From the NCBI RefSeq assembly GCF_053078305.1, contig NZ_CP166879.1: a DNA stretch of 64,000 bases; one strand, 5' to 3'. This document shows, piece by piece, positions 43,959 to 53,183 of this stretch. The notes under the pieces were generated by a model. That model was not told where the DNA came from and did no database searches. It saw nothing but the letters and a program-made list of their open reading frames with translations. The position numbers and the translations under genes are program-made. Position 1 is the stretch's first letter. Each line of letters starts with the position of its first letter.

Positions 43959-44464
43959 GAGGGAAACTGATATCCGCTATTCATGTGGCAAAGCGCGAGC
44001 TTGCCCTGGATGATGAGACCTACACATTCGTACTACTGGCAGCCACCGGCAAAACCAGTTGCCGGGATATGTCACCGGATGAGTTATCCCGCGTGCTGGA
44101 TGTTTTCAAAAAACGCGGTTTTAAAGTGCGTCAGAAACCGGTTAACCGGGCCTTAAAACCGGGTACGGTGACCGCCAAAATTCGCGCCATCTGGAAAGTG
44201 ATGCACTGGCAGGGCTTTATCTCTGATGGTGCGGAAACCGCTCTTAACCGCTGGGTGAAATCGCAGACGGCCGCGCAGAACGGCGGCGAAGGTGTGGCAA
44301 ACTGGCAGTGGCTGGAGCAACACCCCGCCCTGGCCTCAGATGTGCTGGAGCGTCTCAAGCGATGGCACCGCCGCAAAATGCTGGCCGCGATGGGAATGCC
44401 CGAACGCACGCTGATGGGGTATGACGCCGTTTGCAGGCAGTATGAAAAATCACTTCCCCGTTAA
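43955..44464 (+). CDS. gemA: GemA-like protein (Mu gp16 family)
   Basis: 169 aa; last gene of early region before terminator; motifs consistent with GemA family. Confidence 0.6.
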   Translation: MRGKLISAIHVAKRELALDDETYTFVLLAATGKTSCRDMSPDELSRVLDVFKKRGFKVRQKPVNRALKPGTVTAKIRAIWKVMHWQGFISDGAETALNRWVKSQTAAQNGGEGVANWQWLEQHPALASDVLERLKRWHRRKMLAAMGMPERTLMGYDAVCRQYEKSLPR

Positions 44465-44467
44465 CCC

Positions 44468-44500
44468 CAAATCCCGCCACAACGCGGGATTTTTATTTTA
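44468..44500 (+). terminator. Early-operon intrinsic terminator
   Basis: aaatcccgc-cacaa-gcgggattt hairpin followed by ttttatttt directly after gemA stop. Confidence 0.55.
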
Positions 44501-44533
44501 AACTTACCGGGAACGCGAGAACCGGAGGCTGAT

Positions 44534-44959
44534 ATGGCAGAAACTCAGATGAGCATGTTTGGTGGTGACAGTGAGCAACTGCACGCCCTTATCGACCGCC
44601 TTGATGACATCCCTGATGATGTTCTCAAAAAGAACTGGCCGCGTACCCTGTCTGAACTGGTTGAAGTCACCGGCGCAGAACTTCAGCGTCAGGGGATTGA
44701 GCCGGTACTGGCCGGTAAACTGGCACGCAAGGTGGCTGCGGCTCAGGCCGCCTATATGGGCGGACGGGGTTATTACCTGCCGGTCGGGGAATCTCTCTTT
44801 GCCGAGCTGCGAAACAATGAGATATTTTCGCGCTGGGACCGGGGCGAGAAAATTGAATCCCTTCGCCGCCATTACCGGATGTCAGAAACCCAGATTTATA
44901 CCGTCATACGTGAACAGCGCCGTCTGCATCTGGCAAGAACACAACCGCCACTTTTCTGA
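44534..44959 (+). CDS. Mor/C-family transcriptional activator of middle/late genes
   Basis: 141 aa; C-terminal HTH (ETQIYTVIREQRR); sits between early terminator and lysis genes. Confidence 0.65.
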   Translation: MAETQMSMFGGDSEQLHALIDRLDDIPDDVLKKNWPRTLSELVEVTGAELQRQGIEPVLAGKLARKVAAAQAAYMGGRGYYLPVGESLFAELRNNEIFSRWDRGEKIESLRRHYRMSETQIYTVIREQRRLHLARTQPPLF

Positions 44960-45030
44960 TATTCCGCAAAGCCTGCCGCCTTTCCTTCACCGTTACGCTG
45001 ACTCAGAGAACATCATGAGACAGCGTAACA

Positions 45031-45531
45031 ATGCCAAAACTCCCCGCACCACTGCGTAAAAAGCTGATTGCCCTTGTTCTGGCCGGTGCCGGGACGTTCA
45101 CGATTGCCACGCATTACACCGGTTACTGGGAAGGGAAAGAAAACTCCACGTATATCGATCCCACCGGTACACCCACCATCTGTTACGGCCATACCGGCCC
45201 GGATGTGAAACCGGGTATGACCCTGACGGATGAAGAATGCCTGGAACTACTGGAAAAGGACATGAAATGGGCCTTTGCGGCCATTGATCGGCGTGTTCAG
45301 GTGCCGCTTACCCGTGGTCAGACGGTGGCGCTGGCTTCGTGGATCTTCTGGGCCGGTGAAACGAACTTTCGCAACTCCACGCTTCTGCGCCTGATCAATG
45401 CCGGGCAGATGCCCGCGTCCTGTAAGCAGTATATCCGCTGGATTTATTCAAAGGGGGTGAAGCTCCCCGGCCTTGAGGCCCGCCGTTCGGCGGATGAATG
45501 GTTATGTCGCTACGATTTGCCGAAAGTCTGA
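45031..45531 (+). CDS. Phage endolysin (lysozyme family, signal-anchor type)
   Basis: 166 aa; N-terminal hydrophobic segment; lysozyme-like catalytic region. Confidence 0.8.
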   Translation: MPKLPAPLRKKLIALVLAGAGTFTIATHYTGYWEGKENSTYIDPTGTPTICYGHTGPDVKPGMTLTDEECLELLEKDMKWAFAAIDRRVQVPLTRGQTVALASWIFWAGETNFRNSTLLRLINAGQMPASCKQYIRWIYSKGVKLPGLEARRSADEWLCRYDLPKV

Positions 45532-45605
45532 ACCGCTTCTGGCGACCGATCATGATAGCGCTGCTGTGTGCGGTACTGCTGTTACGGGGTGTCCTGTGGC
45601 TGCGG

Positions 45606-45994
45606 TGAATAATGCCTTACCGGCCCTGATTGCCGGGGCGTGCATGGCGGCGCTGGGGATTATCGCTGTACTGGTTGCCGCGATATGGGGAATGCACCAG
45701 AAGACGCAGCGCCTTGAAGACAATAATCAGGTGCTTGTGCGTGAGCGGGATGAGGCGCGTCAGGTGCTGGCAAATCAGCAGCACACCCTGCAACTCATTT
45801 CACAAATCAGTGAGGCGGCCACGAATGAAAAACAACAGAACATTCAGCACAGCGAGGGGCAGCAGAGCGTTGTCCGCCGGTCGCTGGCAGCAGTGCCTGC
45901 GGCCTCTGCCCCTGTTCCTGATGATGTGGCTGATCGGGTGCGCCGGGCCGTCTGTGAAATACGTGCCTGTGAAGCCGGTGCCGATCCCCGCTGA
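45606..45994 (+). CDS. Putative i-spanin (Rz-like)
   Basis: Part of ORF 45473..45994; probable GTG start near 45606; TM helix then coiled coil. Confidence 0.45.
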
Positions 45995-46196
45995 ATGGCT
46001 GGCTGACTGCCTGGTCCCTCCTGCGCCGGAGCCGTTCACGTTTGGGGCATCGGTCACTTACAACCTGCAACTGCTGGCGGTGATCAAGAACTGCAACGTG
46101 GACAAGGCCAGTATTCGTCGTCTGGAGGCGCGGCGACAACATGAATTTACTGATATGGCCGGAACGCCTGCTGTTCCGGCAGGAAAGACGAAGTAA
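45825..46196 (+). CDS. Putative o-spanin lipoprotein (Rz1-like), out of frame and overlapping i-spanin
   Basis: Part of ORF 45630..46196; lipobox LIGC followed by proline-rich mature region; start uncertain. Confidence 0.4.
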   Translation: MKNNRTFSTARGSRALSAGRWQQCLRPLPLFLMMWLIGCAGPSVKYVPVKPVPIPAEWLADCLVPPAPEPFTFGASVTYNLQLLAVIKNCNVDKASIRRLEARRQHEFTDMAGTPAVPAGKTK

Positions 46197-46206
46197 GGAA
46201 AAAGGT

Positions 46207-46434
46207 ATGGATGATTCAGATCGTGCTCAGGCTGTGATGGAGCGGGGATCAGAACGCGCCCTTTGTAACCGGCTGACACGTAAGCGCCGGGCAGTGGATG
46301 CTCCGGGCAGACGTGTCTGCGCAGACTGTGGCGGAGAGATCCCCGCCGCACGTCTTGTTGCTGTGCCGGATGCCATCCGTTGTGTGAACTGCCAGAACAT
46401 CATGGAGGCCCGTCATGTGGGTCAGCATCGTTAA
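46207..46434 (+). CDS. TraR/DksA-family C4 zinc-finger protein
   Basis: Part of ORF 46141..46434; CADCGGEIP...RCVNCQ four-cysteine finger. Confidence 0.6.
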   Translation: MDDSDRAQAVMERGSERALCNRLTRKRRAVDAPGRRVCADCGGEIPAARLVAVPDAIRCVNCQNIMEARHVGQHR

Positions 46435-46723
46435 AGATTATGTTGTGCCGATCCTTTCGGCGACGGCAACCGCTGGCGGGATATTCATGGCGCTGATGCG
46501 CAAAACGTTTGTCCCCCGCGAGGCCTTTGAAAAACTCTCCGACCGCGTTGAGAAGGTGGAAACCCGCCTGTCGTCACTGCCGACAGAAGCCGAGGTCAAC
46601 CGTCTGAATGTGGAAATCGTGACCCTGCGGGGTGAACTGAAAACCACGAACGCCACGCTCCGCTCTGTCTCCTATCAGAACGAACTGCTGCTGGAGCAGG
46701 CTGTAAGGAAAAAAACGCAATGA
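46415..46723 (+). CDS. Membrane-anchored coiled-coil protein
   Basis: 102 aa; N-terminal TM then coiled coil. Confidence 0.45.
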   Translation: MWVSIVKDYVVPILSATATAGGIFMALMRKTFVPREAFEKLSDRVEKVETRLSSLPTEAEVNRLNVEIVTLRGELKTTNATLRSVSYQNELLLEQAVRKKTQ

Positions 46724-47010
46724 GTGATTTCATTACTGAAGATCAGCGTCTGGTCATTCTGCGGTCGCTGGCAGATTACAACGGTGAACTGGGTGAATCC
46801 GTGCTCCAGGACTGTCTGGATGATTACGGCCACCGCGTGTCCCGCGACACCGTTCACACCCACATAGCCTGGCTTGCCGAGCAGGGACTGGTGCGCAAAC
46901 GCGTTCTGATTAACGGTTATTTCATCGCGGAACTGACCGGTCGTGGGCAGGATGTGGCGGAAGGCCGGGCCTGCGTTCCGGGTGTGAAGAAACCACGCGC
47001 AAGGGGGTAA
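46720..47010 (+). CDS. Hypothetical protein, possible winged helix
   Basis: 96-aa ORF, start overlaps previous stop. Confidence 0.45.
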   Translation: MSDFITEDQRLVILRSLADYNGELGESVLQDCLDDYGHRVSRDTVHTHIAWLAEQGLVRKRVLINGYFIAELTGRGQDVAEGRACVPGVKKPRARG

Positions 47011-47012
47011 CG

Positions 47013-47594
47013 ATGGACAAGCCGACGCGTGGTCGTGTACGCAAGGTGGATTTGCTCCCCGACAGCATCCGTAAGCCGCTGCTGGAAATGCTGCGTGAAA
47101 AACGTCTGACGCAGGTCCAGATCCGCGAGGAAATCAACCGTCTGATCCGTGAGGCGGGCCTGCCGGAAGAGCAGCAGCTTTCACCGGCGGCCATCAGCCG
47201 GGAAGCCTCCCGTAATGAGCTGATTGCCCGTAACCTGCGTGATTTACGCGAGCAGACAAAAGCCATGATGGCCGAACTGGGGGACAAGCCAACCGGTGAA
47301 ACCACAGCGCTGATTCTGGAAATGTCCCGCGCCCTGATGTACCGCCGCCTGCGTGCCGCGACCGAATCTCTGAACAGCGACAGCGACGTGGATATGCGCC
47401 TCATCAAAGACATCCTCCTGTCAGCACAGCGTGCGGAAAGTGCCGCCGAGCGCAGCATTAAGCGTGAAAAAGAAATCCGGGCCGCATTTGCTGAAGAGAT
47501 GGCAAACGCGGTCACCGACGAGCTGCGCGGCGTGGATGGCATGAGCGAGCAGATAGAATTTCGTATCAGGCAGATGCTGCTGGGTAAAGCGTAG
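47013..47594 (+). CDS. Mu gp27-like protein (putative small terminase / packaging DNA-binding subunit)
   Basis: 193 aa; basic N-terminus with HTH-like segment; directly upstream of terminase large subunit. Confidence 0.55.
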   Translation: MDKPTRGRVRKVDLLPDSIRKPLLEMLREKRLTQVQIREEINRLIREAGLPEEQQLSPAAISREASRNELIARNLRDLREQTKAMMAELGDKPTGETTALILEMSRALMYRRLRAATESLNSDSDVDMRLIKDILLSAQRAESAAERSIKREKEIRAAFAEEMANAVTDELRGVDGMSEQIEFRIRQMLLGKA

Positions 47595-47604
47595 GAGGTG
47601 AATC

Positions 47605-47853
47605 ATGGCAACAGATAACCGCTCACTGATGATCTGTGCCCATCAGAAGGCATTCAGTCTTGCAACACAGTTACCTCCTGAAACCATAAAAGTGTGTCGT
47701 GAGTTGACTGAACTCTGCATTGCCGGGGAAATCTCCCTGAAACAACTGCATTCGCTGCTGGCAGAGGCTGTCACTGATGAATTGAGCAGCGTGGACGTGA
47801 TGACTGAAGAGCTTGAGTCCCGAATCAGGGGCATTCTGACAGGTAAAGCATGA
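47605..47853 (+). CDS. Hypothetical protein with C-terminus paralogous to the preceding gene
   Basis: 82 aa; C-terminal AVTDELSSVDVMTEELESRIRGILTGKA matches C-terminus of 47013..47594 (AVTDELRGVDGMSEQIEFRIRQMLLGKA). Confidence 0.45.
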   Translation: MATDNRSLMICAHQKAFSLATQLPPETIKVCRELTELCIAGEISLKQLHSLLAEAVTDELSSVDVMTEELESRIRGILTGKA

Positions 47854-49517
47854 TGAGCAAAGCCAAAGAAACGTCTCCTTCACTGATGCAAATGACGCCT
47901 CCCCGCAAAATTGATCTGGCCGGTGAAAAAGCCCTGCTGGGCGTGGATGTGCCGGACAGCCTTGATTTACCCGGTGATATGCCGGTGTTTCTGGATTATC
48001 AGGCCCGCTGGTTTGAGGATGAAAGTCAGGTCTGCATCGCGGAAAAATCCCGACGCACCGGGCTGACCTGGGCGGAAGCCGGGCGTAACGTCATTACCGC
48101 CGCAAAGCCTAAGCGTCGTGGTGGCCGTAATGTGTTTTATGTGGGGTCAAAGCAGGAGATGGCGCTGGAATATATTTCTGCCTGCGCCCTGTTCTCCCGT
48201 GCCTTTAACCAGCTGGCAGATGCTGATGTGTATGAGCAGACCTTCTGGGATCGGAATAAAAAAGAAGAAATTCTGACCTACATGATCCGCTTTCCGAACA
48301 GTGGATTCAAAATTCAGGCACTGTCTTCCCGTCCGTCAAACCTGCGCGGCCTTCAGGGGGATGTGGTGATTGATGAAGCCGCGTTCCACGAGTCACTGGA
48401 TGAGCTTCTCAAGGCGGCAATGGCGCTCACCATGTGGGGCGCGCGCGTGCGTATTATCTCCACGCATAACGGCGTCGATAATCTGTTTAATCAGTACATT
48501 CAGGAAGCCCGCGAGGGGCGCAAGGATTACAGCGTCCACCGCATAACCCTGGATGATGCCATTGCGGACGGGCTGTACCGTCGTATCTGTTATGTCACCG
48601 GCCGCGAATGGTCACCGGAAAGCGAGCAGAAGTGGCGTGATGATCTCTACAAAAACGCCCCGACCCGTGAGGATGCCGACGAGGAATACGGCTGTATCCC
48701 GAAAAAATCCGGCGGTGCCTATATTCCTCACGCGCTTATTGAAATGGCGATGCTCCGCGACATCCCGATTCTGACGTTTGAAGCCCCGGACGACTTCATC
48801 AGCCGTGCCGCATGGCTGCGTGAATCGGAGGTTTTAACCTGGTGTGAAGAACATTTAAAACCGCTTTTAGAGGCGTTAAATCCCCGTTCCCGCTTCAGCT
48901 TCGGGGAAGACTTTGCCCGCACCGGTGACCTCTCCTGCTTTGTGCTGCTGGAAATCACTGAATCCCTGGCAAAACGCGAGGTGTTTCGCGTGGAGCTGCG
49001 CAACCTGCCGTATGCCCAGCAGGAGCAGGTGATGATGTACATCCTGACCCGCGTTCCGGCGCTGGTCGGTGCGGCGTTCGACGCCACCGGTAACGGCGGC
49101 TATCTGGCCGAAGCCGCGCTGCTGGCCTTTGGCCCGGACATCATCGACTGCGTGATGTTATCGCCGAAGTGGTACGGCGAGTGGATGCCAAAACTGAAGG
49201 CCGAGTTTGAGGATCAGAATATCCTCGTCGCCCGCCATCAGACCACGCTTGATGATTTGCGCCATGTGAAGGTGGTGAACGGTATCCCGCAAATCGACAA
49301 GGGGCGTACGAAGGACCAGAACGCAACGGCTGTGAACGCCCGCCGCCATGGCGATTTTGCCGTGGCGCTCTGTATGGCAAACCGGGCGTCGTACATGGAG
49401 GGCTTCATCCTGGATGAATCAGCCTGTCAGGCGCTGCCGGAGCGGTCGCGGGCCATGGAGGGCGGTTATCGTGATGACGATGAGGCATATCATGAATTTG
49501 ATCGGGGGTGCTGGTAG
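47850..49517 (+). CDS. Terminase large subunit (Mu gp28-like)
   Basis: 555 aa; ATPase and nuclease halves; position before portal. Confidence 0.8.
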   Translation: MMSKAKETSPSLMQMTPPRKIDLAGEKALLGVDVPDSLDLPGDMPVFLDYQARWFEDESQVCIAEKSRRTGLTWAEAGRNVITAAKPKRRGGRNVFYVGSKQEMALEYISACALFSRAFNQLADADVYEQTFWDRNKKEEILTYMIRFPNSGFKIQALSSRPSNLRGLQGDVVIDEAAFHESLDELLKAAMALTMWGARVRIISTHNGVDNLFNQYIQEAREGRKDYSVHRITLDDAIADGLYRRICYVTGREWSPESEQKWRDDLYKNAPTREDADEEYGCIPKKSGGAYIPHALIEMAMLRDIPILTFEAPDDFISRAAWLRESEVLTWCEEHLKPLLEALNPRSRFSFGEDFARTGDLSCFVLLEITESLAKREVFRVELRNLPYAQQEQVMMYILTRVPALVGAAFDATGNGGYLAEAALLAFGPDIIDCVMLSPKWYGEWMPKLKAEFEDQNILVARHQTTLDDLRHVKVVNGIPQIDKGRTKDQNATAVNARRHGDFAVALCMANRASYMEGFILDESACQALPERSRAMEGGYRDDDEAYHEFDRGCW

Positions 49518-51106
49518 TGGGACGTATAATTGATCTTGACGGAAAACCTTTCTCCTTTGACCCGGAGATGCAGAGTGCCGCGCTGGATATTCCGCAGATT
49601 GCCAGCCGTTATATTGAACATCCGGCCTCGGGTATCACCCCGAACCGGGCGGCGCAGTGCCTTCGCGGGGCTGAACGTGGCGATCTGATTGCCCAGTCCG
49701 ATCTGGCCGCTGACATTGAAGAAAAGGATACCCACCTTTTTGCAGAGCTGGGCAAGCGACGTCTTGCCATTCAGGGGGTGCCATGGAGTATTGAGCCGCC
49801 ACCGAACGCCAGCGCGAATGAGAAAAAGGACGCGGAAATGCTCGACGAATATCTGCATTCCGCCGACTGGTTTGATGCCATGCTGTTTGATGCCACCGAT
49901 GCCATCCTGAAGGGCTATTCCTGCATGGAGATTGAGCACGGGATGCTCGGTAAAATGCACATCATCCGCGCCATCCGCTGGCGTGACAGCGGGCATTTCT
50001 GCCTTAACCCGGATGATTTGAGCGAACTGCGGCTGCGTGACGGCAGCCATGCCGGGGTGGCGTTTCAGCCCTTTGGCTGGATAGTGCATCAGTCGCGTTC
50101 ACGCACTGGCTACGGTGGTGCGACGGGGCTTGTCAGAACGCTTATCTGGCCGTTCATTTTCAAAAACTATTCCGTGCGCGATCTGGCTGAATTTCTGGAG
50201 GTGTACGGCCTGCCGATGAAGGTCGGGAAATACCCGTCCGGGGCAACACCGGAGCAGAAAAGCGCCCTGATGCGGGCGGTGATGGATATCGGGCGACGTA
50301 CAGGCGGGATCATCCCTGCCGGGATGTCGCTGGAGTTTCAGGCAGCCGCGAACGGTCAGGCCGATCCGTTTGAAACCATGATTTCGTGGGGGGAGCGTTC
50401 CATCTCCAAAGCTATCCTCGGCGGCACGCTGACCACGGAAGCCGGAGACAAGGGCGCGCGTTCGCTGGGTGAAGTGCATAACGAGGTGCGCCGGGAAATC
50501 AGGGATTCTGATTTACGTCAGCTGGCCGCCACGCTGAACCGCGATCTGGTGTATCCGCTGTATGCCCTGAACACCGCCCACGCCATTGATATCCGTCGCC
50601 TGCCGCGTATCTGTTTCCAGACCAAAGAGCCGGGGGATATCACCAAAATCACCAGTGCGGTGATGCAGCTCAGTACGGGGATGGATATTCCAGATCCCTG
50701 GGTACGGGAGCAGACCGGTATTCCACAGCCAGCCCCCGGTGAAGCCATCTTCCGTGTCCGGCAGAGCAGTAATGAACCCGCGCAGATCAACAGGGAAACA
50801 CCGCCGGAAAAACAGGAAAAGACAGAGCAGACGGCGCTGTCAGCCCGAGTGCCGGAAGCGAAAAGCAGCCCCCGTGATGAACTGGACGACATGGGGGATG
50901 CGGTGCCTGCCCGCCGGTTACAGGAGGCCATCGACCCGCTACTGGAGCCGGTCATTGATGCCATCAGAACGCGGGGGCTGGCGGATGCGCTGGCAGACCT
51001 GCCTGCCCTTTACCGTGAAATGGATGATTCCCGCCTGATGACGCTGCTCAGTGATGCCATGTTTGCTGCGGAAATGAAGGGGATGCTGGATGGCTCAGGG
51101 GATTGA
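49508..51106 (+). CDS. Portal protein (Mu gp29 / DUF935-like)
   Basis: 532 aa; position and size. Confidence 0.8.
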   Translation: MLVVGRIIDLDGKPFSFDPEMQSAALDIPQIASRYIEHPASGITPNRAAQCLRGAERGDLIAQSDLAADIEEKDTHLFAELGKRRLAIQGVPWSIEPPPNASANEKKDAEMLDEYLHSADWFDAMLFDATDAILKGYSCMEIEHGMLGKMHIIRAIRWRDSGHFCLNPDDLSELRLRDGSHAGVAFQPFGWIVHQSRSRTGYGGATGLVRTLIWPFIFKNYSVRDLAEFLEVYGLPMKVGKYPSGATPEQKSALMRAVMDIGRRTGGIIPAGMSLEFQAAANGQADPFETMISWGERSISKAILGGTLTTEAGDKGARSLGEVHNEVRREIRDSDLRQLAATLNRDLVYPLYALNTAHAIDIRRLPRICFQTKEPGDITKITSAVMQLSTGMDIPDPWVREQTGIPQPAPGEAIFRVRQSSNEPAQINRETPPEKQEKTEQTALSARVPEAKSSPRDELDDMGDAVPARRLQEAIDPLLEPVIDAIRTRGLADALADLPALYREMDDSRLMTLLSDAMFAAEMKGMLDGSGD

Positions 51107-52415
51107 TTTAGGTTATGCCGCCACGCTTCCCTCAAAAGAGGCGGTGGCATACTTCCGCGCCAAAGGGGCGCATATCAGCTGGAACTGGTTCGAAACAGAC
51201 GCGGATGTTCATGCCCGTTCATTCACGGCGGCAAAAGTGGCACGCCTGGACGTACTGACCACACTACAGGCGGAAGTGCAGCGTGCTGTTGATGAGGGGA
51301 TTTCACAGAAAGCATTTATCCGCACACTGACACCCCGCCTGCAAAAGCTGGGATGGTGGGGAAAGCAGATTGTGGTGGACAGTGCCGGTAACGCGGAAGA
51401 AGTGCAGCTGGGCAGCCCCCGCCGTCTGGCGCTGATTTACAACGTGAACACCCGCGTGGCTTACAATGCCGGGCGTTACACGCAGATGATGAACAACACG
51501 GACACGCATCCGTTCTGGCAGTATGTAGCGGTGATGGACAGCCGCACCCGCCCGGCGCATTCCGCCCTTAACGGGCTGGTATTCCGCTATGACGATCCGT
51601 TCTGGAATACACACTACCCACCCAATGGCTGGAACTGCCGCTGCCGTGTCCGGCCATTGTCTCAGGCCCGTCTGGATGCAATGGGGTTATCCGTTTCATC
51701 CGGTCAGGATCATCTTTCCACCCGCAATGTTGAGGCTGGCGTGGATAAGCAGACCGGAGAAGTCAGAGAAATGCCGGTGACCACATATTCAGATGGCACC
51801 AGAACCATGACACCGGATGTGGGCTGGTCATATAACCCCGGTTCGGCGGCGTTCGGCACAGACCAGGCGCTGATCCGCAAGCTGATCGAAGTGAAAAGCC
51901 CGGCGTTACGGGAAATGGTGGTTCAGGAGATGAACAACAGCCCGGAGCGGCAGCTGGCGTTCCGCATCTGGGCAAAAAACATCATGAAAACCCGGCGAGG
52001 CGGTAACGATATCCGCACGCTGGGCTTTATGACCGAAAGTATTGCGCAGGCGGTGGAAAGCCGGACGGGAACGCCACCGGCCCGCCTGCTGGCGATGAGC
52101 GGTAAAAATGTGCTCCATGCGGACAGCGTGAAACATCAGAATGACGGTATCGCCCTGACGCCGGAGGATTTCGCGCAGCTTCCCGCCATGCTGGCTTCCC
52201 CCGATGCCGTGCTGTGGGATCATGTCCATCAGAACCTGCTTTACATCACTGAAACCCGTGACGGAACGGCAAAGATTGCCGTCAATGCGCCTTATGGTGT
52301 GAAGCGCCAGCCGGATAAGCTGGATGTGGTAATTAATGCTTACCGGGTAAATAAATTTGATATTGAAAAAGCAATAGAGGGCGGAAAGCTGGAACTACTG
52401 GAAGGTAAATTGTAA
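51090..52415 (+). CDS. Head morphogenesis protein (Mu F / gp30-like)
   Basis: 441 aa; follows portal. Confidence 0.75.
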   Translation: MAQGIDLGYAATLPSKEAVAYFRAKGAHISWNWFETDADVHARSFTAAKVARLDVLTTLQAEVQRAVDEGISQKAFIRTLTPRLQKLGWWGKQIVVDSAGNAEEVQLGSPRRLALIYNVNTRVAYNAGRYTQMMNNTDTHPFWQYVAVMDSRTRPAHSALNGLVFRYDDPFWNTHYPPNGWNCRCRVRPLSQARLDAMGLSVSSGQDHLSTRNVEAGVDKQTGEVREMPVTTYSDGTRTMTPDVGWSYNPGSAAFGTDQALIRKLIEVKSPALREMVVQEMNNSPERQLAFRIWAKNIMKTRRGGNDIRTLGFMTESIAQAVESRTGTPPARLLAMSGKNVLHADSVKHQNDGIALTPEDFAQLPAMLASPDAVLWDHVHQNLLYITETRDGTAKIAVNAPYGVKRQPDKLDVVINAYRVNKFDIEKAIEGGKLELLEGKL

Positions 52416-52417
52416 GC

Positions 52418-52500
52418 CGGTGACGGGGGTCGAACCCGCATAAACATATGACCCCTGAGGGTTTATGCCGCTTTACCAGTTAAGAGTACACCGGCCTGTA
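52418..52500 (-). other. tRNA-like structured element (acceptor stem and T-arm signature only)
   Basis: Minus strand reads GCCGGTG...GCGGGTTCGACCCCCGT-CACCGGC: a 7-bp acceptor-like stem and a T-arm with TTCGA loop; D and anticodon arms do not fold canonically; coordinates approximate. Confidence 0.25.
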
Positions 52501-52533
52501 TTTATTTTAATCAGATAGTTTTAAGGAGGCAAC

Positions 52534-53007
52534 ATGTCATCCATCGATGCAGCCGTGGTGGTGGACGTTGCGCGTCTCCAGCGGGTCTTTGCCCGGCTTC
52601 AGTTTGTGGGTGGTGGAAAAGACCTGGCCCGCAGTGTGGCGGCGAGTCTTCTGTCATCGTCAGAAATGGCGTTTGAACAGGAAAAAGAGCCGGACGGCGA
52701 ACGCTGGCATGACTGGTCAGATCCTTACCGCAAGTGGCGTACCCGTAAGGGATACATGCCCGGCAAAATCCTGACGCTGAACGGCGATCTGGCCCGACGC
52801 CTGACCACGGATTATGGCGACACCTGGGCGCTGATTGGATCAAATGAGCCTTATGCGGCCATTCATCAGTGGGGTGGCCTGCCCGGTATGCCACCGGGAC
52901 CGGCGGCCATTGGTGCACGTCCGTATATGGGCTTTGATCAGGTGGCAGAGCAGGAGATCATGGACGAAATCAGAAAACGCTTTAAAAAGGCCACAGAAAC
53001 GCCTTAA
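52534..53007 (+). CDS. Virion morphogenesis protein (Mu G / gp31-like)
   Basis: 157 aa; position after F. Confidence 0.65.
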   Translation: MSSIDAAVVVDVARLQRVFARLQFVGGGKDLARSVAASLLSSSEMAFEQEKEPDGERWHDWSDPYRKWRTRKGYMPGKILTLNGDLARRLTTDYGDTWALIGSNEPYAAIHQWGGLPGMPPGPAAIGARPYMGFDQVAEQEIMDEIRKRFKKATETP

Positions 53008-53183
53008 TTGTTTAAGGTATGCAAATGCATTACCTTACCCCCTTCAGGCGCGTGTCGTGATTTTCTAACCTGTATTTAACGGGCTTTAAAATCTGCGTGA
53101 AGCGCCTTTGTATTTTTCCCCTGGAAGCACTTCCTGAAATCCCGCAAAACCCGCCCTGAAAATTCCCGGCTTATGCTGCCGGA

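Noticed and set aside
46922-47542. 206-aa minus-strand Ser/Arg-rich ORF overlapping the gp27-like gene
   Set aside because: Low-complexity antisense translation of a plus-strand gene in a tightly packed same-strand operon.
52418-52500. Calling the intergenic element a bona fide tRNA gene
   Set aside because: Only the acceptor stem and T-arm fit; D and anticodon arms cannot be folded canonically by hand, so it is reported as tRNA-like at low confidence.
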